Virus record (IMG/VR): IMGVR_UViG_2974799246_000001
Location: 96,001 to 160,000 of that record
Reading direction: 5' to 3' (one strand)
Origin: a virus
Lineage: Duplodnaviria > Caudoviricetes
DNA: 64,000 nucleotides
Below the pieces are notes generated by a model. That model did no database searches, was not told the DNA's origin, and saw nothing but the letters and a program-made list of their open reading frames with translations. The position numbers and the translations under genes were made by a program. Positions 1 through 9,415 of this stretch are shown piece after piece (the stretch's first letter is position 1; every line of letters starts with the position of its first letter).

Positions 1-129
1 AATCGTGCCACTCTTGTTATAGATCTTTACTCGGTACATGTTATCGACAGAGATGATATCGTCACGCGACCGAGCAGTACCTATAGCAGTGGCTTGCCCA
101 CCATCGGCGGGCATTAAGTAGTTAGCCAC
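1..129 (-). CDS. 5' part of a gene truncated by the window edge (probable tail/baseplate protein)
   Basis: AAGGAG Shine-Dalgarno, then GTG at 129; frame open to position 1 (MANYLMPADGG...). Confidence 0.6.
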   Translation of the reverse strand, partial: MANYLMPADGGQATAIGTARSRDDIISVDNMYRVKIYNKSGTI

Positions 130-141
130 ACAAACTCCTTA

Positions 142-2808
142 TCACATATAGCCCATAGTAATCATGTTCAACATCGGATCGTCCATAAAGATTGGAATCG
201 AATCGAGTGAATGACCAGCAGCAGGACTAGAACCACTATTGCCCGAAGCAGCGGGACGAGATACAGCGCCACCTTTAGGCTGATTAGCAACAGGTGCTGG
301 TGGTGCAGAAGGAGCTGGAGCAGCAGGTGCTTCCGTTCGAGCGATATCGCCCTCTGTTACGAGAGGCTGACGATCAACAGGAGCTTCTGGCTGAACTACA
401 GGCTCGATGCGATTGACCTCAGGAGCTTTCATTAATGCTGTAGGCTCCTGACCACCAAACTGTTCGTTACGCACATTGCGCCGAGCATCGGCCAATGCTT
501 CTGGCGTTGCTGCACGTTGGGTGTCAGTTTCAGGCGGTCGATAGTCAGAAGGTTTATGGCCATCTGCTACCTGTTGAGGCTTCGCAACGTCTGACGGTAG
601 TTGCTCGTTATTTACAGCTTTCTTCTTGCGATCTGCCTCTGCAACCTTAAGCAATACGTCCTTCTCATTCTGCGCTCGTGTCGCCACAGATTGTTGTGTC
701 TGCGCCGAGCTTGATTTGAAGTAACGGTCAGTCGTTGCTGCCTTGTAGTCCTGAATAGTCTTAATCAACTCTTCATCGGACATGCCGTTAACGTCTTTGC
801 CTTGAAGCGCATTGGCGATGACGCTTGTACCTGCACCATACTGCACAGCCGTACTGTACATCAGTTCTTTGACACCAGCACCACGCTTCGTCAAGTCCAC
901 ACCAACTTCGTTCTGCATCTTAGCCACGAGCGGTGCGTAATGAGTACGCGTGATATAGTCGGACTGCGCTTTATCGAAGTCGGCACCTTGAGTATTCGCA
1001 ACATCCTTATAGACGGAGTTGAACTGAGCAGTACCTGGAGCGAGTCCACCGAAACGTTGCAGGAACGGTTTGCCTTCAGGACTGTTCAGGAAGTTCATCA
1101 TGCTGCCGTTGTTCGTAGCGAGCTGGTGCTTACCGTACGACACACCACCAGCATCACCCTGACCAGTAGACACAGTGCCTACACCACGACCACCCGACTC
1201 GAACTGTTCCGACACTGAACCGAGACCGCCTTCTGCAATTGCGCGATTAGCGATATCGGTTACTTGCTTGCTGTCCATACGACGTGCAGGTTGAGCGCGA
1301 GCAAGTCCTGGGAATGTACCGCCACCAGAGCCAGGCATCCCGCCCATACCACCAAAGCCAAAAGGCATAATGACAGGCTGAGGGAATTTAGCTTTGTTCT
1401 GATTCTCTGCGGTAGTGTCGTTATACTCGTCCATCTTCTCTTTGCGGTCTTTCTCACCGTCAGCGAGCATCTTGTCCGATTCGTCAGTAATCTTTTCAGC
1501 GACATATTCGCCTACAGAACTACCGAAGTAGTCACCCAGTATGTTACCAAGCAGACCACCCAACGCAGCACCAGCAGCAGTACCAACAACAGGAACAACT
1601 GAACCGAGTGTACCGCCTATCCATGCACCAGCAATAGCACCAGTAGTACCGCCAGCAGCACCACCGATAGCAGAGCCGCCCGCTTTCTTCTTCTCTTTGG
1701 CCTTCTCTGCATCAGTCAGCGTTTCGTCTGCGTCGATGTGTTGCGTTTCGTTCGCATAAGACAGGCCGTTACCTAATGCAGGACCGATGATAGGAATCTT
1801 CTTCGATGCACCCGCCAGTAGTAGACTCGCGCCCGCTACAGCAGCATCCTGTGTTGCAGATGGAGGCGTTGGTACATCGCCCTTAGCAGCTTCTTCCGCA
1901 CGTTGAACCTCTGGTGCAGTAGGCATCGGTGTGGGCTTTGCCTCAGAGTCAGGAGCAGCCTCGGTCTTCTGGTAATCAGGAGCACCAACACCTCCATTCT
2001 CCGCGTTCTGCTCCTCAAACTTCTCTTGTGATCTGTGCTTCAACCACAAGCCACCAGCCACAGTAGCGCCTAGAGCTAGAGCAAGTCCCAGCTTACCTTT
2101 GAGCTTAGGCAAGCGGCTACGACGAGGTAGATTACGGCCTGGGCCTCTGCGTTCACCGCGATTGCGGCCGTAGCGTCTGCCACGTTTACGACGAGGGCGA
2201 TTATCTTCTGGGCCAAAGTCTGGACCAGCACCGTTGTCAGGCCCGTTATCGTCATTAGCAGAATCATCAGGACCGTTGTTACCGCCTCCACCCGCGCCAG
2301 GCTGATTGCCGTGTGGGTCTGACTTAGCGCGGTTCTTCTCTTTGAATGCTTCGCGCTTCTCCCACTCCAACCAATCTTCAAGGGCTTTCTGCGTCTTCGC
2401 AGATACTGCGTTACCCTCTTTGATTGCGTGAACGATATCTTCACCAGACTTCTCGCCTGCAATAAACAGGTCTTCCAGAGCGGATTCTACTTCACGTGGA
2501 TTAGGCTGTTGTGGTACGGCGCGCGGTGCAGCAGGAGCAGCATCATTGTTCTCCTGCACATAGCGCACACGCGTGTTGGCCATCTTCTCACGCGCAGCTT
2601 TAGCCGCACGGTTCTTAGCCCTTGAGCCTGGACCAACATAAACAATTTCGTCATCAAGCAGTTCGGGATCGTAATCATCCTCAATGTCATTGGCAGCACG
2701 CCGTCTGCGTTTCGGCTTAGGCATACCAGCGACTGAACCACTAATGCTGTCCGCATGTTCGATCATTAGTTCGAGTGCGGTTAGCTCTTTCTCTTTTGGC
2801 TTAGCCAT
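142..2808 (-). CDS. Tape-measure/baseplate-hub-like protein with a lysozyme-like peptidoglycan hydrolase domain
   Basis: 888 aa at the end of the tail module; TM-like segment LGLALALGATVAGGLWL; glycine-zipper stretch; SEQFESGG...DAGGVSYGKHQLAT motif resembling the VgrG3-type muramidase. Confidence 0.7.
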   Translation of the reverse strand: MAKPKEKELTALELMIEHADSISGSVAGMPKPKRRRRAANDIEDDYDPELLDDEIVYVGPGSRAKNRAAKAAREKMANTRVRYVQENNDAAPAAPRAVPQQPNPREVESALEDLFIAGEKSGEDIVHAIKEGNAVSAKTQKALEDWLEWEKREAFKEKNRAKSDPHGNQPGAGGGGNNGPDDSANDDNGPDNGAGPDFGPEDNRPRRKRGRRYGRNRGERRGPGRNLPRRSRLPKLKGKLGLALALGATVAGGLWLKHRSQEKFEEQNAENGGVGAPDYQKTEAAPDSEAKPTPMPTAPEVQRAEEAAKGDVPTPPSATQDAAVAGASLLLAGASKKIPIIGPALGNGLSYANETQHIDADETLTDAEKAKEKKKAGGSAIGGAAGGTTGAIAGAWIGGTLGSVVPVVGTAAGAALGGLLGNILGDYFGSSVGEYVAEKITDESDKMLADGEKDRKEKMDEYNDTTAENQNKAKFPQPVIMPFGFGGMGGMPGSGGGTFPGLARAQPARRMDSKQVTDIANRAIAEGGLGSVSEQFESGGRGVGTVSTGQGDAGGVSYGKHQLATNNGSMMNFLNSPEGKPFLQRFGGLAPGTAQFNSVYKDVANTQGADFDKAQSDYITRTHYAPLVAKMQNEVGVDLTKRGAGVKELMYSTAVQYGAGTSVIANALQGKDVNGMSDEELIKTIQDYKAATTDRYFKSSSAQTQQSVATRAQNEKDVLLKVAEADRKKKAVNNEQLPSDVAKPQQVADGHKPSDYRPPETDTQRAATPEALADARRNVRNEQFGGQEPTALMKAPEVNRIEPVVQPEAPVDRQPLVTEGDIARTEAPAAPAPSAPPAPVANQPKGGAVSRPAASGNSGSSPAAGHSLDSIPIFMDDPMLNMITMGYM

Positions 2809-3653
2809 TATCCACCTCTACGACCTCGCTTCGCTGCTAATGCAAGCGCTCGCTGTTCTTCGGCTTTGTTCTTATCGTGAACATAAGCACTATGCCAGTA
2901 CAGCAATTTGTTGATCGTTATATCATCTGGCACGTAGATGTTCTTGGCACTGGCTAGGTCCAGCGTCATGTTCATCATTGATGTGTCAGAAAACACACGG
3001 AAGTAGCCTAAGATATCAATCGGACTTTTATACGTGTAGGAGCGGAAGCACTTGTTGCATTTGTGCGTTGTCTCCAGCTCACAACTAACGTACACGTAAT
3101 TGCCTGCGTTCATTATCTCAATGGGGTCAGCGTATTCGAGCGTCTGCTCCAGTGGCAGGTCGCTGTCGATGTACATGGCATTCATCACCTGTGTAGCATC
3201 GCGCTCCTCACTAAGTAACACGGCTTCAATCCAGCGCTGAACGGTAGGATGGCGCAAGCCTTTTGGAAGGTCGCGCCATTTGTGTTCTACGATTCGTTGT
3301 CGCATGACTTCTTCGGTGTTAAGCAGGTTGCAGTCTACTTCTACGAATTTGCAACCACGCGGCCTGTCATAGTACCGCTCTCCGCGCATATCAACGAAGA
3401 ACGGTTGTGTGCATCGCCATTCGTATAGACGGTGCGACTGCGGCCAACTATTTCTATCGAACATCGCAAGCATATAACGGAAGTCTTCGAGGTACATGTC
3501 TCTGATCTTCACATTGGTGAAATGCTGCAACGTATCGACAAAGAGTTCAGGCAGTTTATACTTCTGGGCGTTGAACAAACTGGACATAGCGTTCGCAGTG
3601 ATTTGCTCAATACGCGCATCGGACCTGCCTGATGGGAGATATATCTCTAACAT
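2808..3653 (-). CDS. Baseplate hub assembly protein, T4 gp26-like with gp51-like C-terminus
   Basis: Start re-called to ATG 3653 (TAATG overlap with upstream stop); LPSG start, Cys pairs (CNKC); paralogous to 3653..4336. Confidence 0.5.
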   Translation of the reverse strand: MLEIYLPSGRSDARIEQITANAMSSLFNAQKYKLPELFVDTLQHFTNVKIRDMYLEDFRYMLAMFDRNSWPQSHRLYEWRCTQPFFVDMRGERYYDRPRGCKFVEVDCNLLNTEEVMRQRIVEHKWRDLPKGLRHPTVQRWIEAVLLSEERDATQVMNAMYIDSDLPLEQTLEYADPIEIMNAGNYVYVSCELETTHKCNKCFRSYTYKSPIDILGYFRVFSDTSMMNMTLDLASAKNIYVPDDITINKLLYWHSAYVHDKNKAEEQRALALAAKRGRRGG

Positions 3654-4336
3654 TAGCGCACGAACATCGCAGGGTTCATATCCCACGCACGGACGCTTTT
3701 GCGTTTACATGCAGGGCATTCGAGGCTGATATCAGTCAACACACCGTGACGAGAAGCAAGCACCCACTCGGATAATTGCAGCCACAATTTCAGGTCTTCC
3801 TGTTCTTCCAGTAGCGCAACGTTCGCATCGAAGTTACGACCCATGTGCGCTACATGCCAGCTAAACATATCCTCCGAAGCGCGTTCGAAGTGACGCATAC
3901 GAGGCAGGTCAAACGTTTCATGCTCTGCCGCCAATACAGCCACAGTCATGGAAGTCTCATCGACAATGCCGACGTTGTTTGCTGCACAAGGGAACGTATT
4001 GATAGCACCACCTTCAGGGCGCATCTCGTTAACGATGCCATCGGAATATTCAAACAGCGGTTTGTTGCAACGCCAGTGTGTCATCAGAGGCATTACGGAG
4101 TTCATCCACATACGCTGCTGGAAGACGAGCGCATAGGCATCAGGCACAGTCAGTTCATCGAGGGGAATAGACAGGCACGGAGCCAGTGCATCGAGAAGGA
4201 TATACTTCATGTCCTTCTTATCAATCGCTTTCGCAATCGCACGGTTCTCTTTACCGCCAAAACGACGCATCGTAAAGGCTGGTGGGAGTTGTGCTTTGTA
4301 ACCATGCGACGGTAAACTCGCTGTTTGAATTTCCAT
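3653..4336 (-). CDS. Baseplate hub assembly protein, T4 gp26-like
   Basis: LPSHG..MRRFGGKE..ELTVPDAYAL..CPAC pattern; lies between tube and tape-measure genes. Confidence 0.55.
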   Translation of the reverse strand: MEIQTASLPSHGYKAQLPPAFTMRRFGGKENRAIAKAIDKKDMKYILLDALAPCLSIPLDELTVPDAYALVFQQRMWMNSVMPLMTHWRCNKPLFEYSDGIVNEMRPEGGAINTFPCAANNVGIVDETSMTVAVLAAEHETFDLPRMRHFERASEDMFSWHVAHMGRNFDANVALLEEQEDLKLWLQLSEWVLASRHGVLTDISLECPACKRKSVRAWDMNPAMFVR

Positions 4337-4347
4337 TTATTCTTATC

Positions 4348-4860
4348 TCATATCAAAGGACGGGAAACATCAAGAGCCATTTGAACACTCCACATACCAC
4401 GACCTCCTGTGCCATTAAGCGTAATGCTTTGACCGCCAATAGGCCAACAGTTGCGGAGTTGTTGTTCGCCAACCATTTGCCCCTGGTTGTCGTATAGCTC
4501 AATGATAAGATTTTTCTTGTACACAGACGGCAATCTAAAGCCGCCAGTATACGGGTTCTGAATCAAGTTCTGCCACGCGTTCATATACTTCATGACAGCG
4601 AGCTTTTGGTCGAGGCCAAACAGCAAACTGAATCCATCAACACTTGAACCGTGTGGCCAGTTGATTTGCACAGTGGCCACTTCTTTCGATTTAGATTGAT
4701 AGACAGAGAACGGTAAGTCTACCTCTTCACATGCGAACGGGCTTAACGATATATTACCAATAACAGGAAATTCTCGCACACGCCACTTGTCCTGCATGAA
4801 AGGATCATCAAGGCCAGGAGCAGAAGAATCATTCAGATCGTCAAGTGTTGGCAGCGGCAT
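4348..4860 (-). CDS. Tail tube-like protein (tube initiator/second tube paralog)
   Basis: 170 aa; WQNLI..YKKNLIIELYDNQG...LRNCWP parallels the tube protein at 5589..6101. Confidence 0.7.
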   Translation of the reverse strand: MPLPTLDDLNDSSAPGLDDPFMQDKWRVREFPVIGNISLSPFACEEVDLPFSVYQSKSKEVATVQINWPHGSSVDGFSLLFGLDQKLAVMKYMNAWQNLIQNPYTGGFRLPSVYKKNLIIELYDNQGQMVGEQQLRNCWPIGGQSITLNGTGGRGMWSVQMALDVSRPLI

Positions 4861-4862
4861 GA

Positions 4863-5537
4863 TTATTCCTCTACTATGATAAGCACAGGTCGAACATCGC
4901 TATCGAGCTTGAGGAACGTAGCACCAACCAGATAGCCGTCATTCTCAATTTGCTTGACTACGGCTTTCTCGTAGTCCGTTTCCCATTTCTCACGCTGCGA
5001 GGCTTTGTAGCCTTCAAACGTTTCAGTTGCATCGTAGTAGTTATAGATACCACCAGTCGGCATAGGGATACGCGCAAGGAACTGAATACGACCAGCGTTC
5101 TTAAACTTGGTCTTATGCAGCGCTTGAGTCAGCTTGGTGTTCTCAGCTTTAGAGCCAGGAACAGCTTTAAACGGTTTCTTCGGTTGAGGCTCTTTAGGTG
5201 CAGCAGGAAGTTTCTCACGCGCAGGAGTATTCTTGTCTGTAGCTTTCTTAACGCGAATGCCAGAGACAGTTCCTGTGAATGGACGACTACGGCTTAACAG
5301 TGAACGTGCGGTCGCAGCGTCTACCGTGAATACCACAGACGGGTCATCCTTATGCAGCACATAGAACAGGTTGCGCTTTGCAGCCTTGATACCGAATACG
5401 TCTTTCTCCTCGATATCAGCCTCGTGCTCTTTGTTCTCAATGCTGACCTTGCGCTTACCTTCGAAGCGATACCAATCACAATCCATAATGGACGCGACAG
5501 GCAGTTTACGTGCGCTTTCGCTCAGTAAAATAAGCAT
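4863..5537 (-). CDS. Hypothetical virion protein with shared N-terminal domain
   Basis: 224 aa with SD; N-terminal LLSESA; N-domain similar to those of 14432..15565 and 21682..23598. Confidence 0.6.
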   Translation of the reverse strand: MLILLSESARKLPVASIMDCDWYRFEGKRKVSIENKEHEADIEEKDVFGIKAAKRNLFYVLHKDDPSVVFTVDAATARSLLSRSRPFTGTVSGIRVKKATDKNTPAREKLPAAPKEPQPKKPFKAVPGSKAENTKLTQALHKTKFKNAGRIQFLARIPMPTGGIYNYYDATETFEGYKASQREKWETDYEKAVVKQIENDGYLVGATFLKLDSDVRPVLIIVEE

Positions 5538-5546
5538 AGAGTCTCC

Positions 5547-5581
5547 AAAACGAAAAAGGGCCAGAACGAATCTTGGCCCTT
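5547..5581 (-). terminator. Intrinsic terminator after tail tube gene
   Basis: AAGGGCCA...TGGCCCTT stem followed by TTTTTCGTTTT on the minus strand. Confidence 0.8.
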
Positions 5582-5588
5582 GTGTTTC

Positions 5589-6101
5589 TTACGATACGAG
5601 TTCGGCGTAGTCGAAGGACCATTCGATTGAGACCGGAACAGCCTGTGCGGCACCAGAGAAGTTCAGATCTGGTACCTGCTTCGGCCACACGCCGTAGATG
5701 TTGTACTCAGCAACTACAGAACCATCCATATCGAAGATACGGAAGATTGCTTTGGTCGCGTAGTCTGCTTTACGTGCGCCCAGCTGGGTTTGAGTAGCAC
5801 GAACAAACTCATGCCATTCTTCCAGTTGTTTATACACAGCCATCTCGGAGTTTTCGTTGTACTCGGTAGAGAGCGCGTGAGAGAAGATCTTACGACCAGC
5901 GTAGTTGAGCTGGTGGCCGAACGCTTCTTTCAGAACTTCTTCCAGAGTAGAACCTGGCTTGATACCAGTCTTACAGAACAGACGCAGAGTACGCGCGTAG
6001 TCCGCACCACCGACAGGCGGGTTAGGAATCAGGAACTCGAAGTTGTCATCGAGTAACGGATCTTTAGTAGACGAAAATTCGTCAAGAGTTACCTTTGGCA
6101 T
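5589..6101 (-). CDS. Major tail tube protein (T4 gp19-like)
   Basis: 170 aa directly after sheath; YAGRK..F, IYGVWP, WSFDY motifs; high-expression codon usage. Confidence 0.85.
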   Translation of the reverse strand: MPKVTLDEFSSTKDPLLDDNFEFLIPNPPVGGADYARTLRLFCKTGIKPGSTLEEVLKEAFGHQLNYAGRKIFSHALSTEYNENSEMAVYKQLEEWHEFVRATQTQLGARKADYATKAIFRIFDMDGSVVAEYNIYGVWPKQVPDLNFSGAAQAVPVSIEWSFDYAELVS

Positions 6102-6112
6102 CTAAAAGCTCC

Positions 6113-7798
6113 TTAGAGTGCACCAGAGTTGATCAGTTGCAGCGCGTACTGGATATCACCAACAGGTGGTACGATAGCCGTTACGTGGATGCGTTTGGTG
6201 TAGCGAGTCGGGTCAAGGAACACGTCGATGATCAGATCGCCACGCGCTTCGTCTTCTGCGGTGTTGTTGGTGTAGTCACAAGTAACTGCATACCAACGTA
6301 ACCCACGACCTGTCTTAATCGGTTCGAGGATTGCTTCCATCGCAGACTTCTGGCGCTGTTTCAGAATGTCGTCGTTCGGTTCGAAGACAGCACTCAGGTT
6401 GTTAGCGCGGGCAGAGGCATGAAGCATTGCAAGCAGACGACGCACACCGATATCTTGCAGCGGAGACTTCGTAGTGTAGGTGGTATCAGCACCCCACATG
6501 AAGATACCTTCGCCTTCGAAGATAGCAATCGGGTTAATCTGGTTATCCACCAGAATATCGCGGTCACCCTGCTTGAAGCGATAGCGCACGTCAGTTGCGA
6601 AGTCCAGCTTACCGCGTTGCATACCGCCAGGCGCAAGCCATGAAGCGACTTGGTCCGCAGTCAACATGCAGTATGCCATACACACAGACGCTGGTACGTA
6701 GAAGTCACGAGCGTTGGTGTTGTCACGCGCTTTAACGTCGGCATTCGACAGCGCAGACCAAGAGCCGATGATAGAGAACTCAGCTTCTTTGTACGGCTTG
6801 TTACCGCGACGATACGCCACAGCGTTGTCACGCGCTTGATACAGCACGGGCACACCATGCGTTGCGATACAGTCCATGCGGCTCTCAGCCAAGTCATCGA
6901 TCTTGTTCGCAATAACAGGATGTTCCAGACCGCCAGAGCACAGAATGCCCGCCTGAATGTCTTCCCAGTCGCGGTAGTTATCCCACGCAGTCAGAACAGC
7001 AGACAGAGAACGGTTAGCAATCAGTGCATCGTTGTGGTCAATGTCAATCACATCGCCGTCGCTACCACCAGTGAACTGACCGTTAGGTGCAGTAGGTGCT
7101 GTTGGGTCAGCAGGGCCACCACCGATGGAGTTGATGACCACGAAGTTCGGGTCTTCCACCAGCTTGTAGTGATTTTCATTCAGCTTCACGCGAATGTATT
7201 TCGAGTTCACATTGATAACGTCTTCAATGTAGAACTGGTTGCCTGCTTCGTCTTTGTAGTAACGAGTAGTCACCACATGCGTTTCCAGCGGCGTCAGATA
7301 ACCAACGCGGTACACTTTGATGATGGACTTAATGCCCAGCGCATCAGTCACGTCAGGTTCAAACGTGATGTACATGTTGTTCGCATCAGCGTACTGTGAC
7401 ATGGCGTAGATCAGGCAGATATCACGATCAGAGAAAGCAATCTGCTCAGGGTCCACCAGACCAGCGTCACCGAGAGGACGGCAGGTAGCGAAGTTGTTAT
7501 ACGTTGTGAGATACACACCTGCATACTTCACGGAGAGAGCGACACGCGTGATGTTCAGCTTGGTCGCTTTCGTCATCAGAATCTTGGCGTTCTGGACGTT
7601 GTTAGCGTACTTCCCAGTTGCTGGACCAAAGATTGCGTCGATCTCATCTTTAGAGGTAACAGTTGTGTTCACACCCACAGGACCACGAGGGAACGGCAGA
7701 ACCAGAGTACACATGCCATACTGGACAAGTGACGCCTGATTCGAGCGGTCGTTCTCCTGCGTGTAGACCCCAGGAGAGGGGTGATTTGGTTGTAGCAT
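6113..7798 (-). CDS. Major tail sheath protein
   Basis: SPGVYTQEND start, FPRGPV, WLAPGGMQRG, NQINPI, VRRLL, VFEPND motifs of contractile sheath proteins. Confidence 0.92.
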   Translation of the reverse strand: MLQPNHPSPGVYTQENDRSNQASLVQYGMCTLVLPFPRGPVGVNTTVTSKDEIDAIFGPATGKYANNVQNAKILMTKATKLNITRVALSVKYAGVYLTTYNNFATCRPLGDAGLVDPEQIAFSDRDICLIYAMSQYADANNMYITFEPDVTDALGIKSIIKVYRVGYLTPLETHVVTTRYYKDEAGNQFYIEDVINVNSKYIRVKLNENHYKLVEDPNFVVINSIGGGPADPTAPTAPNGQFTGGSDGDVIDIDHNDALIANRSLSAVLTAWDNYRDWEDIQAGILCSGGLEHPVIANKIDDLAESRMDCIATHGVPVLYQARDNAVAYRRGNKPYKEAEFSIIGSWSALSNADVKARDNTNARDFYVPASVCMAYCMLTADQVASWLAPGGMQRGKLDFATDVRYRFKQGDRDILVDNQINPIAIFEGEGIFMWGADTTYTTKSPLQDIGVRRLLAMLHASARANNLSAVFEPNDDILKQRQKSAMEAILEPIKTGRGLRWYAVTCDYTNNTAEDEARGDLIIDVFLDPTRYTKRIHVTAIVPPVGDIQYALQLINSGAL

Positions 7799-7840
7799 CG
7801 TGAATCTCCATGAGAATGGGCATCGTGAAACGACTATAAC

Positions 7841-7847
7841 AAATTAG
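7841..7847 (-). promoter_or_regulatory. Putative late promoter element CTAATTT upstream of sheath
   Basis: TAATTT recurs 25-45 nt upstream of several structural gene starts. Confidence 0.4.
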
Positions 7848-7854
7848 CGTATTG

Positions 7855-8199
7855 TCAGTAGCAAATCACATTAACACGCTGATCAACGTCACTTACGAGA
7901 ACCGATTGCGCCATCTTACCAGTGAGAGTGAATTGGCCTTCGATGATCATCTGGCCACCAGCGAACTGCAAGATGATTGGCTCAGCCGTATCAATGTACA
8001 GCAGCCCTTTAATCTCAGGCAGTTGGTAGCCTTTAGGACCAACGATGATCGATTGCTCCATGAACAGTCCATCGAGAGGGATACCTACAGGATGTGACTG
8101 TCGCTTGAGCACAGAGTTTTGGTTGGAGGTGACTGAACGCACACGGCTATCAATCACAAGAGTGCGGTCGAGCTTACGATACTTCTCGCGTGTGTACAT
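7855..8199 (-). CDS. Hypothetical virion protein
   Basis: 114 aa, TAATG-coupled to the upstream gene. Confidence 0.6.
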   Translation of the reverse strand: MYTREKYRKLDRTLVIDSRVRSVTSNQNSVLKRQSHPVGIPLDGLFMEQSIIVGPKGYQLPEIKGLLYIDTAEPIILQFAGGQMIIEGQFTLTGKMAQSVLVSDVDQRVNVICY

Positions 8200-8906
8200 T
8201 AGTCATCGTCCTCTTCTTCTTCTTCTTCCTCTTCTTCGGTCTCCTGAGCCTTAGTTGCACGAGGCCCTAAGTCCATGTCGATTTCAACGTTCTCGGTGAT
8301 CTCACCGTAGTTGTTAATCTTGGCCTGCTCCATGTTGAAACCAATCTTGGTCATGATAGTGATTGGAATCTCCAGTTCGAAACTGCCTGGCGTACTACCT
8401 TCATCGAGGTCATCAATGTTAGGCAGAGGGATAGAGTCATCTATCTTAACGCGCACAGTCCATTTAGCTGTAGGCATTTCAATAGAGAAGCTCATCAGGT
8501 CAGTTAGGCCAGCAACCATTAGCTGTTGTACACACAGCAGCGCCTGATCGATGTTCATGAACTTGAGGTACAGGGAACCTGTAAGAGTGATAGGGAAGTA
8601 GTAGTTCGTTACCACAACGGCATTCGTACCATCGCTGCCTATAGCCCAACCAGAACCGTGACGTGCAATGTTCTTAATGTTCACGGATTCTTCGCGGTTG
8701 AAAGCCATAGTAGGTAGTTTGAACCAGCCGTACGGATAGTCAGTGCTTTGATTGTTCGTTGCACGAATACCCTGCTTCGGGTTGTTATGCACAGACCAAA
8801 CAAAACGCTTTAGGCCGAAGCCTTGTCGGAATTGGCGTTGAAAGCCAAAGATGGTTGCTCGTAACGATGTGCTGTTCTTGAGCAAGCCTGCAACGTTTGC
8901 GCTCAT
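8199..8906 (-). CDS. Putative tail terminator/head-tail completion protein
   Basis: Start re-called to ATG 8906 (GGAG SD; the longer ORF start lies inside a terminator); located between head and sheath genes; acidic tail. Confidence 0.4.
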   Translation of the reverse strand: MSANVAGLLKNSTSLRATIFGFQRQFRQGFGLKRFVWSVHNNPKQGIRATNNQSTDYPYGWFKLPTMAFNREESVNIKNIARHGSGWAIGSDGTNAVVVTNYYFPITLTGSLYLKFMNIDQALLCVQQLMVAGLTDLMSFSIEMPTAKWTVRVKIDDSIPLPNIDDLDEGSTPGSFELEIPITIMTKIGFNMEQAKINNYGEITENVEIDMDLGPRATKAQETEEEEEEEEEDDD

Positions 8907-8920
8907 GTGGAGCTCCAGAG

Positions 8921-8951
8921 ACGAAAAAAGGGCGGCCGAAGCCACCCTTTT
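8921..8951 (-). terminator. Intrinsic terminator closing the head operon
   Basis: GGGTGGC-TTCG-GCCGCCC-TTTTTTCGT on the minus strand (cUUCGg tetraloop). Confidence 0.85.
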
Positions 8952-8970
8952 GGTTACCCGTAGTCGGGTG

Positions 8971-9390
8971 CTAGTCGTCGAGTCGTAAGCGAATCAGAGA
9001 AGACGTGGCGGCAGAGTCGGATTCAACGGTAGCGTCGTCCTCCTCTTCCAGGTCTTCTTCATCGTCAAGGTCTTCATCTTCTTCCTCATCGGAATCGGAG
9101 TTCAGACTGATGATTTCGTCATCGCCATACAATGCAGCGACTTGTTCTTCCTCGGCATTAAGCGCTAAAGCAGCAGATAACGCAGCAACGGATTCGTTCA
9201 TACCTGATGCACTACTCACGGAGTTAACGAGGCATGACGCTTCGAAGTTATCCGTGAGTTCGCAACAAAGAAAGTCCTCAGTGTCTGGCGCTACAGCAGC
9301 TTGAGCAAGCAAGCGGGAAGCATCCATCCACTGTCCGTCACGCGCTGCGACGATTGCCAGTGCAGCTAAGGAACCAGATAAAGTCTTCAT
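8971..9390 (-). CDS. Small acidic head-associated protein
   Basis: 139 aa, D/E-rich C-terminus, several S-x-S motifs, GAGG SD. Confidence 0.65.
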   Translation of the reverse strand: MKTLSGSLAALAIVAARDGQWMDASRLLAQAAVAPDTEDFLCCELTDNFEASCLVNSVSSASGMNESVAALSAALALNAEEEQVAALYGDDEIISLNSDSDEEEDEDLDDEEDLEEEDDATVESDSAATSSLIRLRLDD

Positions 9391-9415
9391 GCTTGGTCCT
9401 CAGTTAGTAGAACAC

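Noticed and set aside
3640-3700. Programmed frameshift between tail chaperone genes
   Set aside because: No slippery heptamer is evident; the TAATG stop-start overlap and paralogous N-termini explain the junction.
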